64,000 nt of DNA from Candidatus Gygaella obscura. Lineage in GTDB: Bacteria > Omnitrophota > Gorgyraeia > Gygaellales > Gygaellaceae. Shown here piece after piece: positions 48,853 through 57,415 of the stretch. Position numbers and translations under genes: made by a program. The notes beneath the pieces are model-generated. The model did not search any database and was not told where the DNA came from. It worked only from the letters and a program-made list of their open reading frames with translations. The stretch lies in the NCBI GenBank assembly GCA_030765485.1, contig JAVCCR010000014.1, positions 14,332 through 78,331 of the forward strand, given 5' to 3'. Each line of letters begins with the position of its first letter. The first letter of the stretch is position 1.

Positions 48853-49776
48853 ATGATAGATACTTCTATAATTATTTTGACTAAAAACGCTCAGAAAACT
48901 ATTTTTCGATTGTTACAGTCAATTTTCAATCAGGATATTGATGCGTCTTTTGAAGTTATCTGTTTGGACAGTGAATCAACAGATACTACATTGGAGATTA
49001 TAGATAAGTTTCCCGTAAGGTTAGTGAGTGTTAGCCGTAATGAATTTAACCATGGGCTTACACGTAATCTGGGAATGATGAATTCAAAAGGTGAAAATGT
49101 GTTTTTCTTAACTCAAGATGCTATCCCTATAGGAAAAGATTGGATGAGATATATTTTAAATATGGTTAATTCTGATAGTTCTATTGCGGGAGTTTATTGT
49201 GATCAGGTATTAAACGATAATGTATCCTTTTTTGAGTGTTGGCAACTTAGTAACTATCTGCCTGAAAACAGCCGGATTAGTTTTATAGACGATAAAGATT
49301 ATTATAATACTATTTCACCAAAGGAAAGATTAGAATTCTGCCGGTTTGATAATGTTTGTTCGTGCATTAGAAGATCAGTTTGGACGAAAGTGCCTTTTAG
49401 AAAAATGAGTTTTGGCGAAGATTTAGATTGGGGCAAGAGAATTATTGAGACAGGCCTTAAGATTGCTTTTTGTAAAGAAGCAAAGGTTTTGCATTTACAC
49501 AGTTATTCTTTAATTGGGATACTTACTAGGTCTTTTTATACTTACAGATTATATAATTCGCTTTTTGGCTTTAAGCCATTTTATTCCTTAAAAGATTTAT
49601 TTATTAATATGGTTATTTTTCCAATTAAGGCTGTAAGGCGCTATTTAAACACAAATAAAAAACTTTTTTTGAAGATAATAAATATACCTTTTATAGGCCT
49701 TTTTTCATTAATATTAGTTTTTGGACAATATTTAGGTTCGATTAAAAATGATGAAGATATTATTCATAGTACATAA
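48853..49776 (+). CDS. Glycosyltransferase family 2 (rhamnosyltransferase-like)
   Basis: DSESTD, FNHGLTRN, FLTQDA, FDNVCSCIR, GEDLDW. Confidence 0.88.
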   Translation: MIDTSIIILTKNAQKTIFRLLQSIFNQDIDASFEVICLDSESTDTTLEIIDKFPVRLVSVSRNEFNHGLTRNLGMMNSKGENVFFLTQDAIPIGKDWMRYILNMVNSDSSIAGVYCDQVLNDNVSFFECWQLSNYLPENSRISFIDDKDYYNTISPKERLEFCRFDNVCSCIRRSVWTKVPFRKMSFGEDLDWGKRIIETGLKIAFCKEAKVLHLHSYSLIGILTRSFYTYRLYNSLFGFKPFYSLKDLFINMVIFPIKAVRRYLNTNKKLFLKIINIPFIGLFSLILVFGQYLGSIKNDEDIIHST

Positions 49777-51079
49777 TTTTTTGCCTTATTCATTTGCAGG
49801 AACAGAAGTGTATGCCTATAACCTTGCTAAAGAGTTGGCGAAAAAACATGAAGTTTTTATCTTTCATAGGGTAAATGATTCTTCAATAGCCGAATATGAA
49901 CTCAGCAAAGATTATTTTGATGGGTTGACTGTTTTTAAGATGAACAATACCTGCAGGAGTTATAATTCGTTTGAGGATCTTTATTTTAATAAGAACATAG
50001 AGAAGGTATTTTTAAATGTTTTTGAACAGGTTAGGCCTGATATTGTGCATATACAGCATTTACTTTTTTTATCAGTTGGAATAATTAACTTAATTAAAAA
50101 AAGCAATATTCCAATTGCGCTGACAGTTAACGATTATTGGTTGCTGTGTCCTCAGGGGCAATTATTAAAGAAAGATTTAACTAATTGCAGCAACGTAAAT
50201 AATTTGGAATGTATTAGTTGTATAAACGGATTGATAAACATAAAAGAAGGTGTTCTTAGGCGTTATTATTTTTTACGAAAAGTTTTGCCATCTTTTTTAC
50301 TAAAATTAATGCGTAAAGTTTATCTTTTTCTTCAAGGACAAGATTTACCGGCTGCATTAGATAAGGTATCTAAGAGACAGGAATTTATAAAAAATGCACT
50401 ATCTAATGTTGATTGTTTTATATTTCCGTCAAAGTATGTTTTAGATAAGTTCAATAAACATAAAATAGAAGGAACGAGATGCTTGCTATCAAATTACGGT
50501 ATTAATAAAAAAGGCTTAAAAGGATTAGTTAAAAAAGTTTCTAGTGTTCTCAGGTTTGGTTTTATTGGTTCTATCCATCCGGCAAAGGGATTGCATGTGT
50601 TGCTAGAAGCTTTTAAGAATATAACGGATGATGAGATAGAGCTAAAAATATACGGTAAGGATATAAGTTATTCTGGATTTGAAGATTATTCTAAACGTTT
50701 AAAGTTAAGGTTTAAAAAAGATAATATTCATTTTTTGGGTAGTTTTGACAATAGGCAGATTGTAGATATTTTATCCGAAATTGATATATTAGTTTTTCCT
50801 TCGATTTGGCAGGAAAATTATCCACTGACTATACTGGAAGCTCTGTCTGTTAACATTCCGGTAATTGCTTCAAGAATTGGAGGTATACCCGAAGTCATAA
50901 GAGATGGCGATAACGGTATTTTATTTACGCCGAATGATCATAATGATCTATTAAGGTGCCTGAAGATGTTTATAAATGATAGAGCGCTTATAAAAAGGTT
51001 TGCAAATAGTTCATCTAGTGTAAAAGCTATTGAAGAGGATGCTGTTGAGCTGGAAGAAGTTTATAGTTCGTTAAATTAA
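49748..51079 (+). CDS. Glycosyltransferase family 4
   Basis: AGTEVY, PDIVHIQH, KGLHVLL, PSIWQENYPLTILEA, GGIPE. Confidence 0.9.
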   Translation: MMKILFIVHNFLPYSFAGTEVYAYNLAKELAKKHEVFIFHRVNDSSIAEYELSKDYFDGLTVFKMNNTCRSYNSFEDLYFNKNIEKVFLNVFEQVRPDIVHIQHLLFLSVGIINLIKKSNIPIALTVNDYWLLCPQGQLLKKDLTNCSNVNNLECISCINGLINIKEGVLRRYYFLRKVLPSFLLKLMRKVYLFLQGQDLPAALDKVSKRQEFIKNALSNVDCFIFPSKYVLDKFNKHKIEGTRCLLSNYGINKKGLKGLVKKVSSVLRFGFIGSIHPAKGLHVLLEAFKNITDDEIELKIYGKDISYSGFEDYSKRLKLRFKKDNIHFLGSFDNRQIVDILSEIDILVFPSIWQENYPLTILEALSVNIPVIASRIGGIPEVIRDGDNGILFTPNDHNDLLRCLKMFINDRALIKRFANSSSSVKAIEEDAVELEEVYSSLN

Positions 51080-51093
51080 CCTGAGGTTATTTC

Positions 51094-53028
51094 TTGATAA
51101 AGAAAATTATAATTAGATTTGGTTTAATTCTTCTCGGTATTTTCTTAAGCTTAGTTTTAGTTGAGGGAGCGCTCAGACTCTCAGGATTCATTTATCAATT
51201 TAATCAACAACGGCATAACCGTATTAAATATGAGCTTGATAGCGACTATAAGATTATCTGTATAGGAGAATCAACCACGGCATTAGGCGGTAGTATTCAT
51301 TCATATCCAGCTCAGTTAGAGCAGGTTCTTAATGATAAACAGAATAAATTAAAATTTACGGTTATTAATAAAGGAATTTGCGGGACTAATAGCTCTTATT
51401 TGGTTGCTTCAGTTGGAGAAATTATAGATGAGTATAAACCGGATATGGTTATTTCTATGATGGGAATTAATGATATCTGTGATCCGATTACTAGAGAAAA
51501 TGTCTCATTATCTTTAAAAAACGGTTTTTTAAATAATATGAGGATTTACAAATTAATAAAACTAATTTTTGCTAGAATTAAAGATTCTTATAAAAAGGAT
51601 AAATTTATTGATTTAGAATTATCTTCGTTCAGTGAAGATGTTAACTATATGTTAACGCAAGAAAAAAAATCTAGTTTTACAGATAAAGATAACGATATTC
51701 CTAATGAAGAAGAATCTTATTATCTTGATTTGGGTTTTGAATATTATGAATCGGACGATTTTATTAATTCAATTAAGATGTTTCAGAAGGCCAGCAATAT
51801 TAGTCCAGAGAATGATAAGATATATGTATACTTAGCAGAAGCATATAGGGAGATTTTAGATTTCGAAAATGTTTTTAAGGTTTTAGGTAAAGCTTTAAGC
51901 CTTAATCCATATAACGATGATGCGTATATAGAGTTAGGATGGTCTATCGCTCAGTTAGGAAACATTCAAAAGTCTTTTGAAATGTTTAAAAAAGCCTTTC
52001 AGATTAATCCTGAAAATGACGAAGCTTGTATTATGCTTGGGTATTATTGTTTAAAGAAAAATGATAAAGAGAATGCCGATATTTTTTTTAAGAAAGCTAA
52101 AGAATTAACCTTTGGTACTGATGAGGCGTATGTAAAAATCGCTGATATGTATATAGAGTTAGGTGATTACGATAATGCAGTTGTTATGTTAGAAAAGGCT
52201 TTATCGATCAATTCGAATAATCCAAATAGTTATATTGAGTTGGGTAAGATATTTTTAAATGGAGATTACAAAAAGGCTGCTTCTTTGTTTAAGCAAGCTA
52301 TTCAGATTGACCCTAAAAATGATGAAGCCTTTCAGGGTCTTGGTTGGACTTATAGAAAATTAGGCAAGTTGAATATGGCTGAAAATTGTTTTTTGAAAGC
52401 CATAGTACATAATCCTTATTCTGCGCATAGTTACTATTCTCTAGCTACAATATATGTTTTACTTGATGAAATTAGTTTAGCGGAGGAAATGTATCTAAAA
52501 TCGATAAATCTTTCAACTTCCGAGCCTTATTTTATTGTTGAATTGGCTGAGTTTTATTTATCAAAGGAAGAATATTCTAAAGCAGAGAAGTTGCTTAAGG
52601 ATATGATTAATTCCGGAAAATCAAATGGGAAGATAAAGTCTCTTTATGAGTTTGCTAAAAATGGTTCCCTAAGTGATGTTGAGTCGTTACCGATAAGTTT
52701 TAATACAGAGGTTAATTCTGATTTTCCCGATATTACCGAGTATAATTACAATAAGCTTTATGAATTATTAAAGAAAAAGAATATTAAGTTGGTGGTTGTT
52801 CAATATCCAATGAGGAATATATGGCCTTTAAAGATGATGTTTGAAGATAAAGAAGTTCTATTTGTTGATAATGAAAAGCCTTTTAAAGATGTTGTTAAAA
52901 AAGATGGCTATTGGCAATATTTTAATGATATATTTGGTGGTAATTTTGGTCATTGTACAGAAAAAGGCAACCGGTTATTGGCAGAGAATATCGCTGATGT
53001 AGTGATTAGATATTTTAATAGAGAGTAG
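51094..53028 (+). CDS. Membrane-anchored SGNH-like hydrolase with inserted TPR array
   Basis: N-terminal TM, IGESTT, NKGICGTNS, MGIND, then about 9 TPRs, then FGHCTEKGNRLLA. Confidence 0.75.
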   Translation: MIKKIIIRFGLILLGIFLSLVLVEGALRLSGFIYQFNQQRHNRIKYELDSDYKIICIGESTTALGGSIHSYPAQLEQVLNDKQNKLKFTVINKGICGTNSSYLVASVGEIIDEYKPDMVISMMGINDICDPITRENVSLSLKNGFLNNMRIYKLIKLIFARIKDSYKKDKFIDLELSSFSEDVNYMLTQEKKSSFTDKDNDIPNEEESYYLDLGFEYYESDDFINSIKMFQKASNISPENDKIYVYLAEAYREILDFENVFKVLGKALSLNPYNDDAYIELGWSIAQLGNIQKSFEMFKKAFQINPENDEACIMLGYYCLKKNDKENADIFFKKAKELTFGTDEAYVKIADMYIELGDYDNAVVMLEKALSINSNNPNSYIELGKIFLNGDYKKAASLFKQAIQIDPKNDEAFQGLGWTYRKLGKLNMAENCFLKAIVHNPYSAHSYYSLATIYVLLDEISLAEEMYLKSINLSTSEPYFIVELAEFYLSKEEYSKAEKLLKDMINSGKSNGKIKSLYEFAKNGSLSDVESLPISFNTEVNSDFPDITEYNYNKLYELLKKKNIKLVVVQYPMRNIWPLKMMFEDKEVLFVDNEKPFKDVVKKDGYWQYFNDIFGGNFGHCTEKGNRLLAENIADVVIRYFNRE

Positions 53029-53053
53029 TTTGCTCATAGAGAAAGGAGATTTA

Positions 53054-54313
53054 ATGGAAAGAACACTTAAGAAAGTAAATAATCTTGGTTTTATATTGCT
53101 TTCTATTATGTTTATTTGGATTTCTTTATTTGCGCCGCTTTTTTTCGAATCAATCATGTTGTATTTTTTAGTAATTATAGCTACAGTACTATTCATTTTA
53201 ATGTATATAAAAAATAATCTTAAAATAATATTTTCTTTTGAAGATTTGTTTTTTCTTTTATTTTTTGTATTTTTATCTATGGGTATTGCAACAGCAATTG
53301 ATAAAACAATAGCCTTACGTTATTTTATGTTATTTGCGTTGCCGGTTCCGTTTATATATCTATTTGCTAAGATATCTTTCGATAAGAGCTACGGAATATT
53401 TTTATTCAGGATTATAAGTTGTTTGGGCTTTTTGGTAGTTGTTTATGGATTAATTGAGTTCTTTTTTAAAGTAAATCCTGTTTTTGAGTTAAATGATTCT
53501 TTGTACAGTTTTTATTATGGAATTTTTTCCGGTAAAAGAATGCTTTCTTTGCATATGCATCCTACTCCTTTAGCAACTTATCTAGTAGCCATCTTGCCTG
53601 TTTCTTTTGGTTTATTGATAAAAGAGAGTAAGCGTATTTATAAGGTTTTAGCAGGCATAAATTGTTTATTTATATTGTGTGCTATCGTACTGACTTTTTC
53701 AAGAGGAGGGTTATTGGGTTGTTTGGTTTCTCTTGTTTTGGTCATAGTTGCATTACGTAAAAGTATAAATAAAAAATTCCTATCAATATTAATTATATGT
53801 ATCGTTATGATTATTGTTACAGTCCTCGTAATGGATAGTTTAAATTTGTCCACAATAAATAGATTTTCAGTTGAAAGTTTAATTCATCCTCATTCCTACA
53901 TGGCTAAAATAAACCGTACTATAAAGGGTTTTAATATGTTTAAAGCGCATCCTTTTTTAGGAATAGGATTAGGTCAGTACAGGGTTCTGTTTGATAAATT
54001 TTGTCCATTCATAAGCACAAATTACGATGGTAAAGTAGCTGATCTTATGTTTGTTACTATATTGACAGAATTGGGGATATTTGGCTTTTTAAGTTTTATT
54101 GCTTTTTTGATTATAATTTATAATAAGTCGATAAAATCTCTTAAAGGCAAAATGAGCGCAAACCAAAAATTCATGATTGCAGTATTATTGGCTGGGCTTT
54201 CAGGAATTATCGTTACTTTCCTGACTTATGATGTGCTTTATTGGTTTACGCCTGCTGCATTATTTTGGATTTATTGTGCGTTTTTATCCGTGCTATCCAA
54301 AAGGTCAAAATAA
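53054..54313 (+). CDS. O-antigen ligase / Wzy_C family protein (second copy)
   Basis: HPTPLATYL, TFSRGG, HPFLGIGLGQY, TELGIFG; SD AAGGAG before ATG 53054. Confidence 0.82.
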   Translation: MERTLKKVNNLGFILLSIMFIWISLFAPLFFESIMLYFLVIIATVLFILMYIKNNLKIIFSFEDLFFLLFFVFLSMGIATAIDKTIALRYFMLFALPVPFIYLFAKISFDKSYGIFLFRIISCLGFLVVVYGLIEFFFKVNPVFELNDSLYSFYYGIFSGKRMLSLHMHPTPLATYLVAILPVSFGLLIKESKRIYKVLAGINCLFILCAIVLTFSRGGLLGCLVSLVLVIVALRKSINKKFLSILIICIVMIIVTVLVMDSLNLSTINRFSVESLIHPHSYMAKINRTIKGFNMFKAHPFLGIGLGQYRVLFDKFCPFISTNYDGKVADLMFVTILTELGIFGFLSFIAFLIIIYNKSIKSLKGKMSANQKFMIAVLLAGLSGIIVTFLTYDVLYWFTPAALFWIYCAFLSVLSKRSK

Positions 54314-54322
54314 AAAAACATT

Positions 54323-55042
54323 ATGCTTGGAATTAATATCGCAGTGTTAACTAAACAGCAAATTGTTCAAAAGCTTATTGAATTCTCCAGGCCGCCAATG
54401 GTGAATACGGTTTTTTATTTAAACGCTCATTGTATTAATCTTGCTTCTGTAGATGCAGATTATCGTAAGATATTAATTAATAGCGATATTGTTTACTCAG
54501 GGGGATTTGGTGTAGTGTGGGCATCAAGTTTTTTGGGTAAATCACTGCCAGAGAGAGTCAACATTTTGGATTTTTTTGACGAGTTAACTAGTCATTTGAT
54601 TGAGAATAAGACTAAGGTTTATTTGCTTGGTGATGAAGATATTGTTATTAAAGCCTGCGAACTTGAATTAAAGGGAAAAGGAATAAATATAGTTGGTTGT
54701 CATAGTGGTTTTTTTGGCGATGGCGAAGAAAAATCCATTATTGAGAACATTAATCGGTTATCTCCTGATATTTTAATGGTTGGTATGGGCGTTCCAAGAC
54801 AAGAAAAATGGATTAGTAGAAATAAATCCAAAATTAAGGCGAATTTAATATGGGGTGTTGGTGGTGCATTCTGTTGGCTTTCTGGAAAACGTAAGAGAGC
54901 CCCACGCTGGATGATAAATAGTGGTTTTGAGTGGTTCTATAGGTTAATGCAGGAGCCAAAAAGGCTACGGAGCCGTTATGTATTCGGCAATATTGTGTTT
55001 CTTTCCAGAGTTTTATTCTGGAAAATAAGAAGAATTGATTAA
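54323..55042 (+). CDS. WecB/TagA/CpsF (GT26) glycosyltransferase
   Basis: YLNAH, VGMGVPRQEKW, GVGGAF, RAPRWM..GFEWFYRL.QEPKRL. Confidence 0.92.
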   Translation: MLGINIAVLTKQQIVQKLIEFSRPPMVNTVFYLNAHCINLASVDADYRKILINSDIVYSGGFGVVWASSFLGKSLPERVNILDFFDELTSHLIENKTKVYLLGDEDIVIKACELELKGKGINIVGCHSGFFGDGEEKSIIENINRLSPDILMVGMGVPRQEKWISRNKSKIKANLIWGVGGAFCWLSGKRKRAPRWMINSGFEWFYRLMQEPKRLRSRYVFGNIVFLSRVLFWKIRRID

Positions 55043-55043
55043 A

Positions 55044-56030
55044 ATGAATAGGAAGTTTAAGATAATTTTATTTTTATTCTTAATGATTGATTTAGCGATA
55101 ATTTTTTTATTATTTAACTCGCGGAGCTTTTCGCATTTAGCAATATGGAATATTGAGGAATCATTGTCACAAAAAGATTTTAATTGGTTCAAGGAAACGC
55201 CTGCTCCAAAATCTTATGTTATTCCGGATAAAGAAAAGCTTAGCTATTTCAACCAAGAGGCTAATAAAATTAACCTTAAGAATAAAAATGAACTAGAAGC
55301 CGTATTGTTTTTATCAGGAAGGTTAATAGGTGCGCTAAATGTTAATTATCAAACAAAAAAATATGTTACATGGGATCATCCTCAATCAATGGATAGATAT
55401 ATACAGGATGGCCACGGTGCAAATTGCATATATCGCTCTATTGTTTTATCAAGTTATCTTTCAAGTATGGGTATTTATTCTAGGTTGTGGAGTTTGGAGA
55501 ATATATTTTTTGAAGATATTCCGCATACGGTAATTGAAGTTTATGCAAAACATTTAGAAAAATGGGTTTTTCTTGATGTTATGCATGATTTTATGGTTTT
55601 GAAAGATGGAATTCCATTGTCATTGCTTGAATTTAGATCCCTAGTTTTAAGTGAAAGTGACGCTGATATAAAAATAATACGTATTTCTACACGCAAAGAG
55701 ATGGATAAGGATTTTCTGGATGGGTATAGGCACTTGTTAAATACCGTTTTTTTGAGGCTTGACAATGATTTTATCAAGGGATTTGAGAAAAGATACGGAA
55801 TATTGAATATATTTTCATTATCTATCGATCGTTTAAGCGATAAATTTAGAAGAGGTATTGATTATATTTTTGGCTCAAAGGAATATTTTATTCATTTTGT
55901 AGATAGATATAGTCCCAGTCTAAGTTCCGGTATTCTTTTTTCAAAAAGTGTTTATTTATTTTTCGTGTTTAGTTTTCTTTTATTTTTCATTATTTGTTTT
56001 GTATATTTAATGAAAAGAAGAAAAAGATAA
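55044..56030 (+). CDS. Membrane-anchored transglutaminase-like (Cys-His-Asp) protein
   Basis: TM helices at both ends; GANCIYRS, PHTVIEVY, WVFLD. Confidence 0.7.
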   Translation: MNRKFKIILFLFLMIDLAIIFLLFNSRSFSHLAIWNIEESLSQKDFNWFKETPAPKSYVIPDKEKLSYFNQEANKINLKNKNELEAVLFLSGRLIGALNVNYQTKKYVTWDHPQSMDRYIQDGHGANCIYRSIVLSSYLSSMGIYSRLWSLENIFFEDIPHTVIEVYAKHLEKWVFLDVMHDFMVLKDGIPLSLLEFRSLVLSESDADIKIIRISTRKEMDKDFLDGYRHLLNTVFLRLDNDFIKGFEKRYGILNIFSLSIDRLSDKFRRGIDYIFGSKEYFIHFVDRYSPSLSSGILFSKSVYLFFVFSFLLFFIICFVYLMKRRKR

Positions 56031-56042
56031 TAATATAATTAA

Positions 56043-56960
56043 ATGCAATTAGAAATAAGAAACAAAAATAGATTATTTTACGAAATACGTTTAAAAATTA
56101 AAAAGATAATCTATTCAAACGAATATTTATTAAGAAAGTATTCTTTTCTCAAAAGTATTGTCATTAAATATTTTTCTTGTAACCAATTGAAAGATAATAA
56201 GTTATTTGAAAAGGTGTTTATTGAGACTATCTCATATTGTAATAATGATTGTGAATTTTGTTCTGTTCGCATATCAAGCGTTATAAAGAAAAGTTCCAAT
56301 TTGATGGAAGAGGGTATTTTTTTAAAGATAATTGAGGAATTAGTTAATTTATCTTTTAAAGGAAGCGTTGCTTTTCATTGTAATAATGAGCCATTTTTGG
56401 ATGAAAGACTACCGTATTTTATAAAGCTAGCTAGAAAAATGCTTAAAAAAAACTTCTTTTATTTATATACAAATGGAACATTACTTACGGATGAATTATT
56501 AAAAGATGTTTTTATTGTTGGGATCAATCGTATTATAGTTAATGATTATAATGGTTCGTTTAAATTAATGCAAACAGTTGAAAATTTTGTTAAACATAAT
56601 CGCGAACTAAATGGTGAGATAATATTTTACCATAGAAAAACAAATGAATTTTTAGGCAATAGATCAGGTGCAAGCCCCAATAAGAGGTTAATTTTAGAAA
56701 AACCATTAAAGGCAATATGCATAAGGCCGGCAAAAGAGATTGTTATTTGTTATGATGGTTCGGTTATGTTATGTTGCTGCGATAGTTTATGGAAAAATAA
56801 AATGGGTAATATTAATGAAAGTAGCTTAAAAGATATATGGGTAGGCCATGATTTTGCAAGTAAGCGTAAGGCATTGTTGAGGTTTAACCGAAATATTAGT
56901 TCAATTTGTAAAGTTTGCGATGCGGTGGATTTATCCGTTAAAAAAGGAGTCTTGTTCTAA
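56043..56960 (+). CDS. Radical SAM/SPASM protein
   Basis: CNNDCEFC, NNEPF, CIRP..DGSVMLCCCD..MGN..CKVC. Confidence 0.87.
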   Translation: MQLEIRNKNRLFYEIRLKIKKIIYSNEYLLRKYSFLKSIVIKYFSCNQLKDNKLFEKVFIETISYCNNDCEFCSVRISSVIKKSSNLMEEGIFLKIIEELVNLSFKGSVAFHCNNEPFLDERLPYFIKLARKMLKKNFFYLYTNGTLLTDELLKDVFIVGINRIIVNDYNGSFKLMQTVENFVKHNRELNGEIIFYHRKTNEFLGNRSGASPNKRLILEKPLKAICIRPAKEIVICYDGSVMLCCCDSLWKNKMGNINESSLKDIWVGHDFASKRKALLRFNRNISSICKVCDAVDLSVKKGVLF

Positions 56961-56962
56961 GG

Positions 56963-57415
56963 ATGAATAATAAAAAAGATAATGTTTTATCAGAAACTTT
57001 CTTTTATGAGGCGAATGGTTATAGCATGTGGCCTTTTTTAAAACCGGGTTATAAACTTATAGTAAAAAAAATATCTATTTATGAGATAAAATTAGGAGAT
57101 TTGGTTTTGTATAGATATAAGAATAAACTAATTTGCCATAGAGTTATCAGAAAGAGTTTAAAGAATGATGATGTTGTTCTTTATTTGAGAGCAGATAATT
57201 CCTGCTGTGGTAGTGAATGTATAAGTAGTGTTAATTATGTTGGTAAGGCAGTTGAATTATGTTTGGAAAATAAGGTTATAAGTCTTATTTCATGGCAAAT
57301 GATATTTGTTAATCGTTTGTTAGTAATATTTTCCCCATTTGTTTATTGTGTAATAAAGCCGTTGTGGCAAATTTTGCGAAAGGTAAGGAACTCTTGGCAA
57401 AAAAGAAGAAAATAA
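56963..57415 (+). CDS. S24/S26-family peptidase (Ser-His type)
   Basis: GYSMWPFL, GDLVLY, CHRV, RADN. Confidence 0.8.
   Translation: MNNKKDNVLSETFFYEANGYSMWPFLKPGYKLIVKKISIYEIKLGDLVLYRYKNKLICHRVIRKSLKNDDVVLYLRADNSCCGSECISSVNYVGKAVELCLENKVISLISWQMIFVNRLLVIFSPFVYCVIKPLWQILRKVRNSWQKRRK

Noticed and set aside
51286-51293. ops-like GGCGGTAG element
   Set aside because: It lies inside a CDS (encoding GGS), lacks the downstream TG, and is far from the operon leader.
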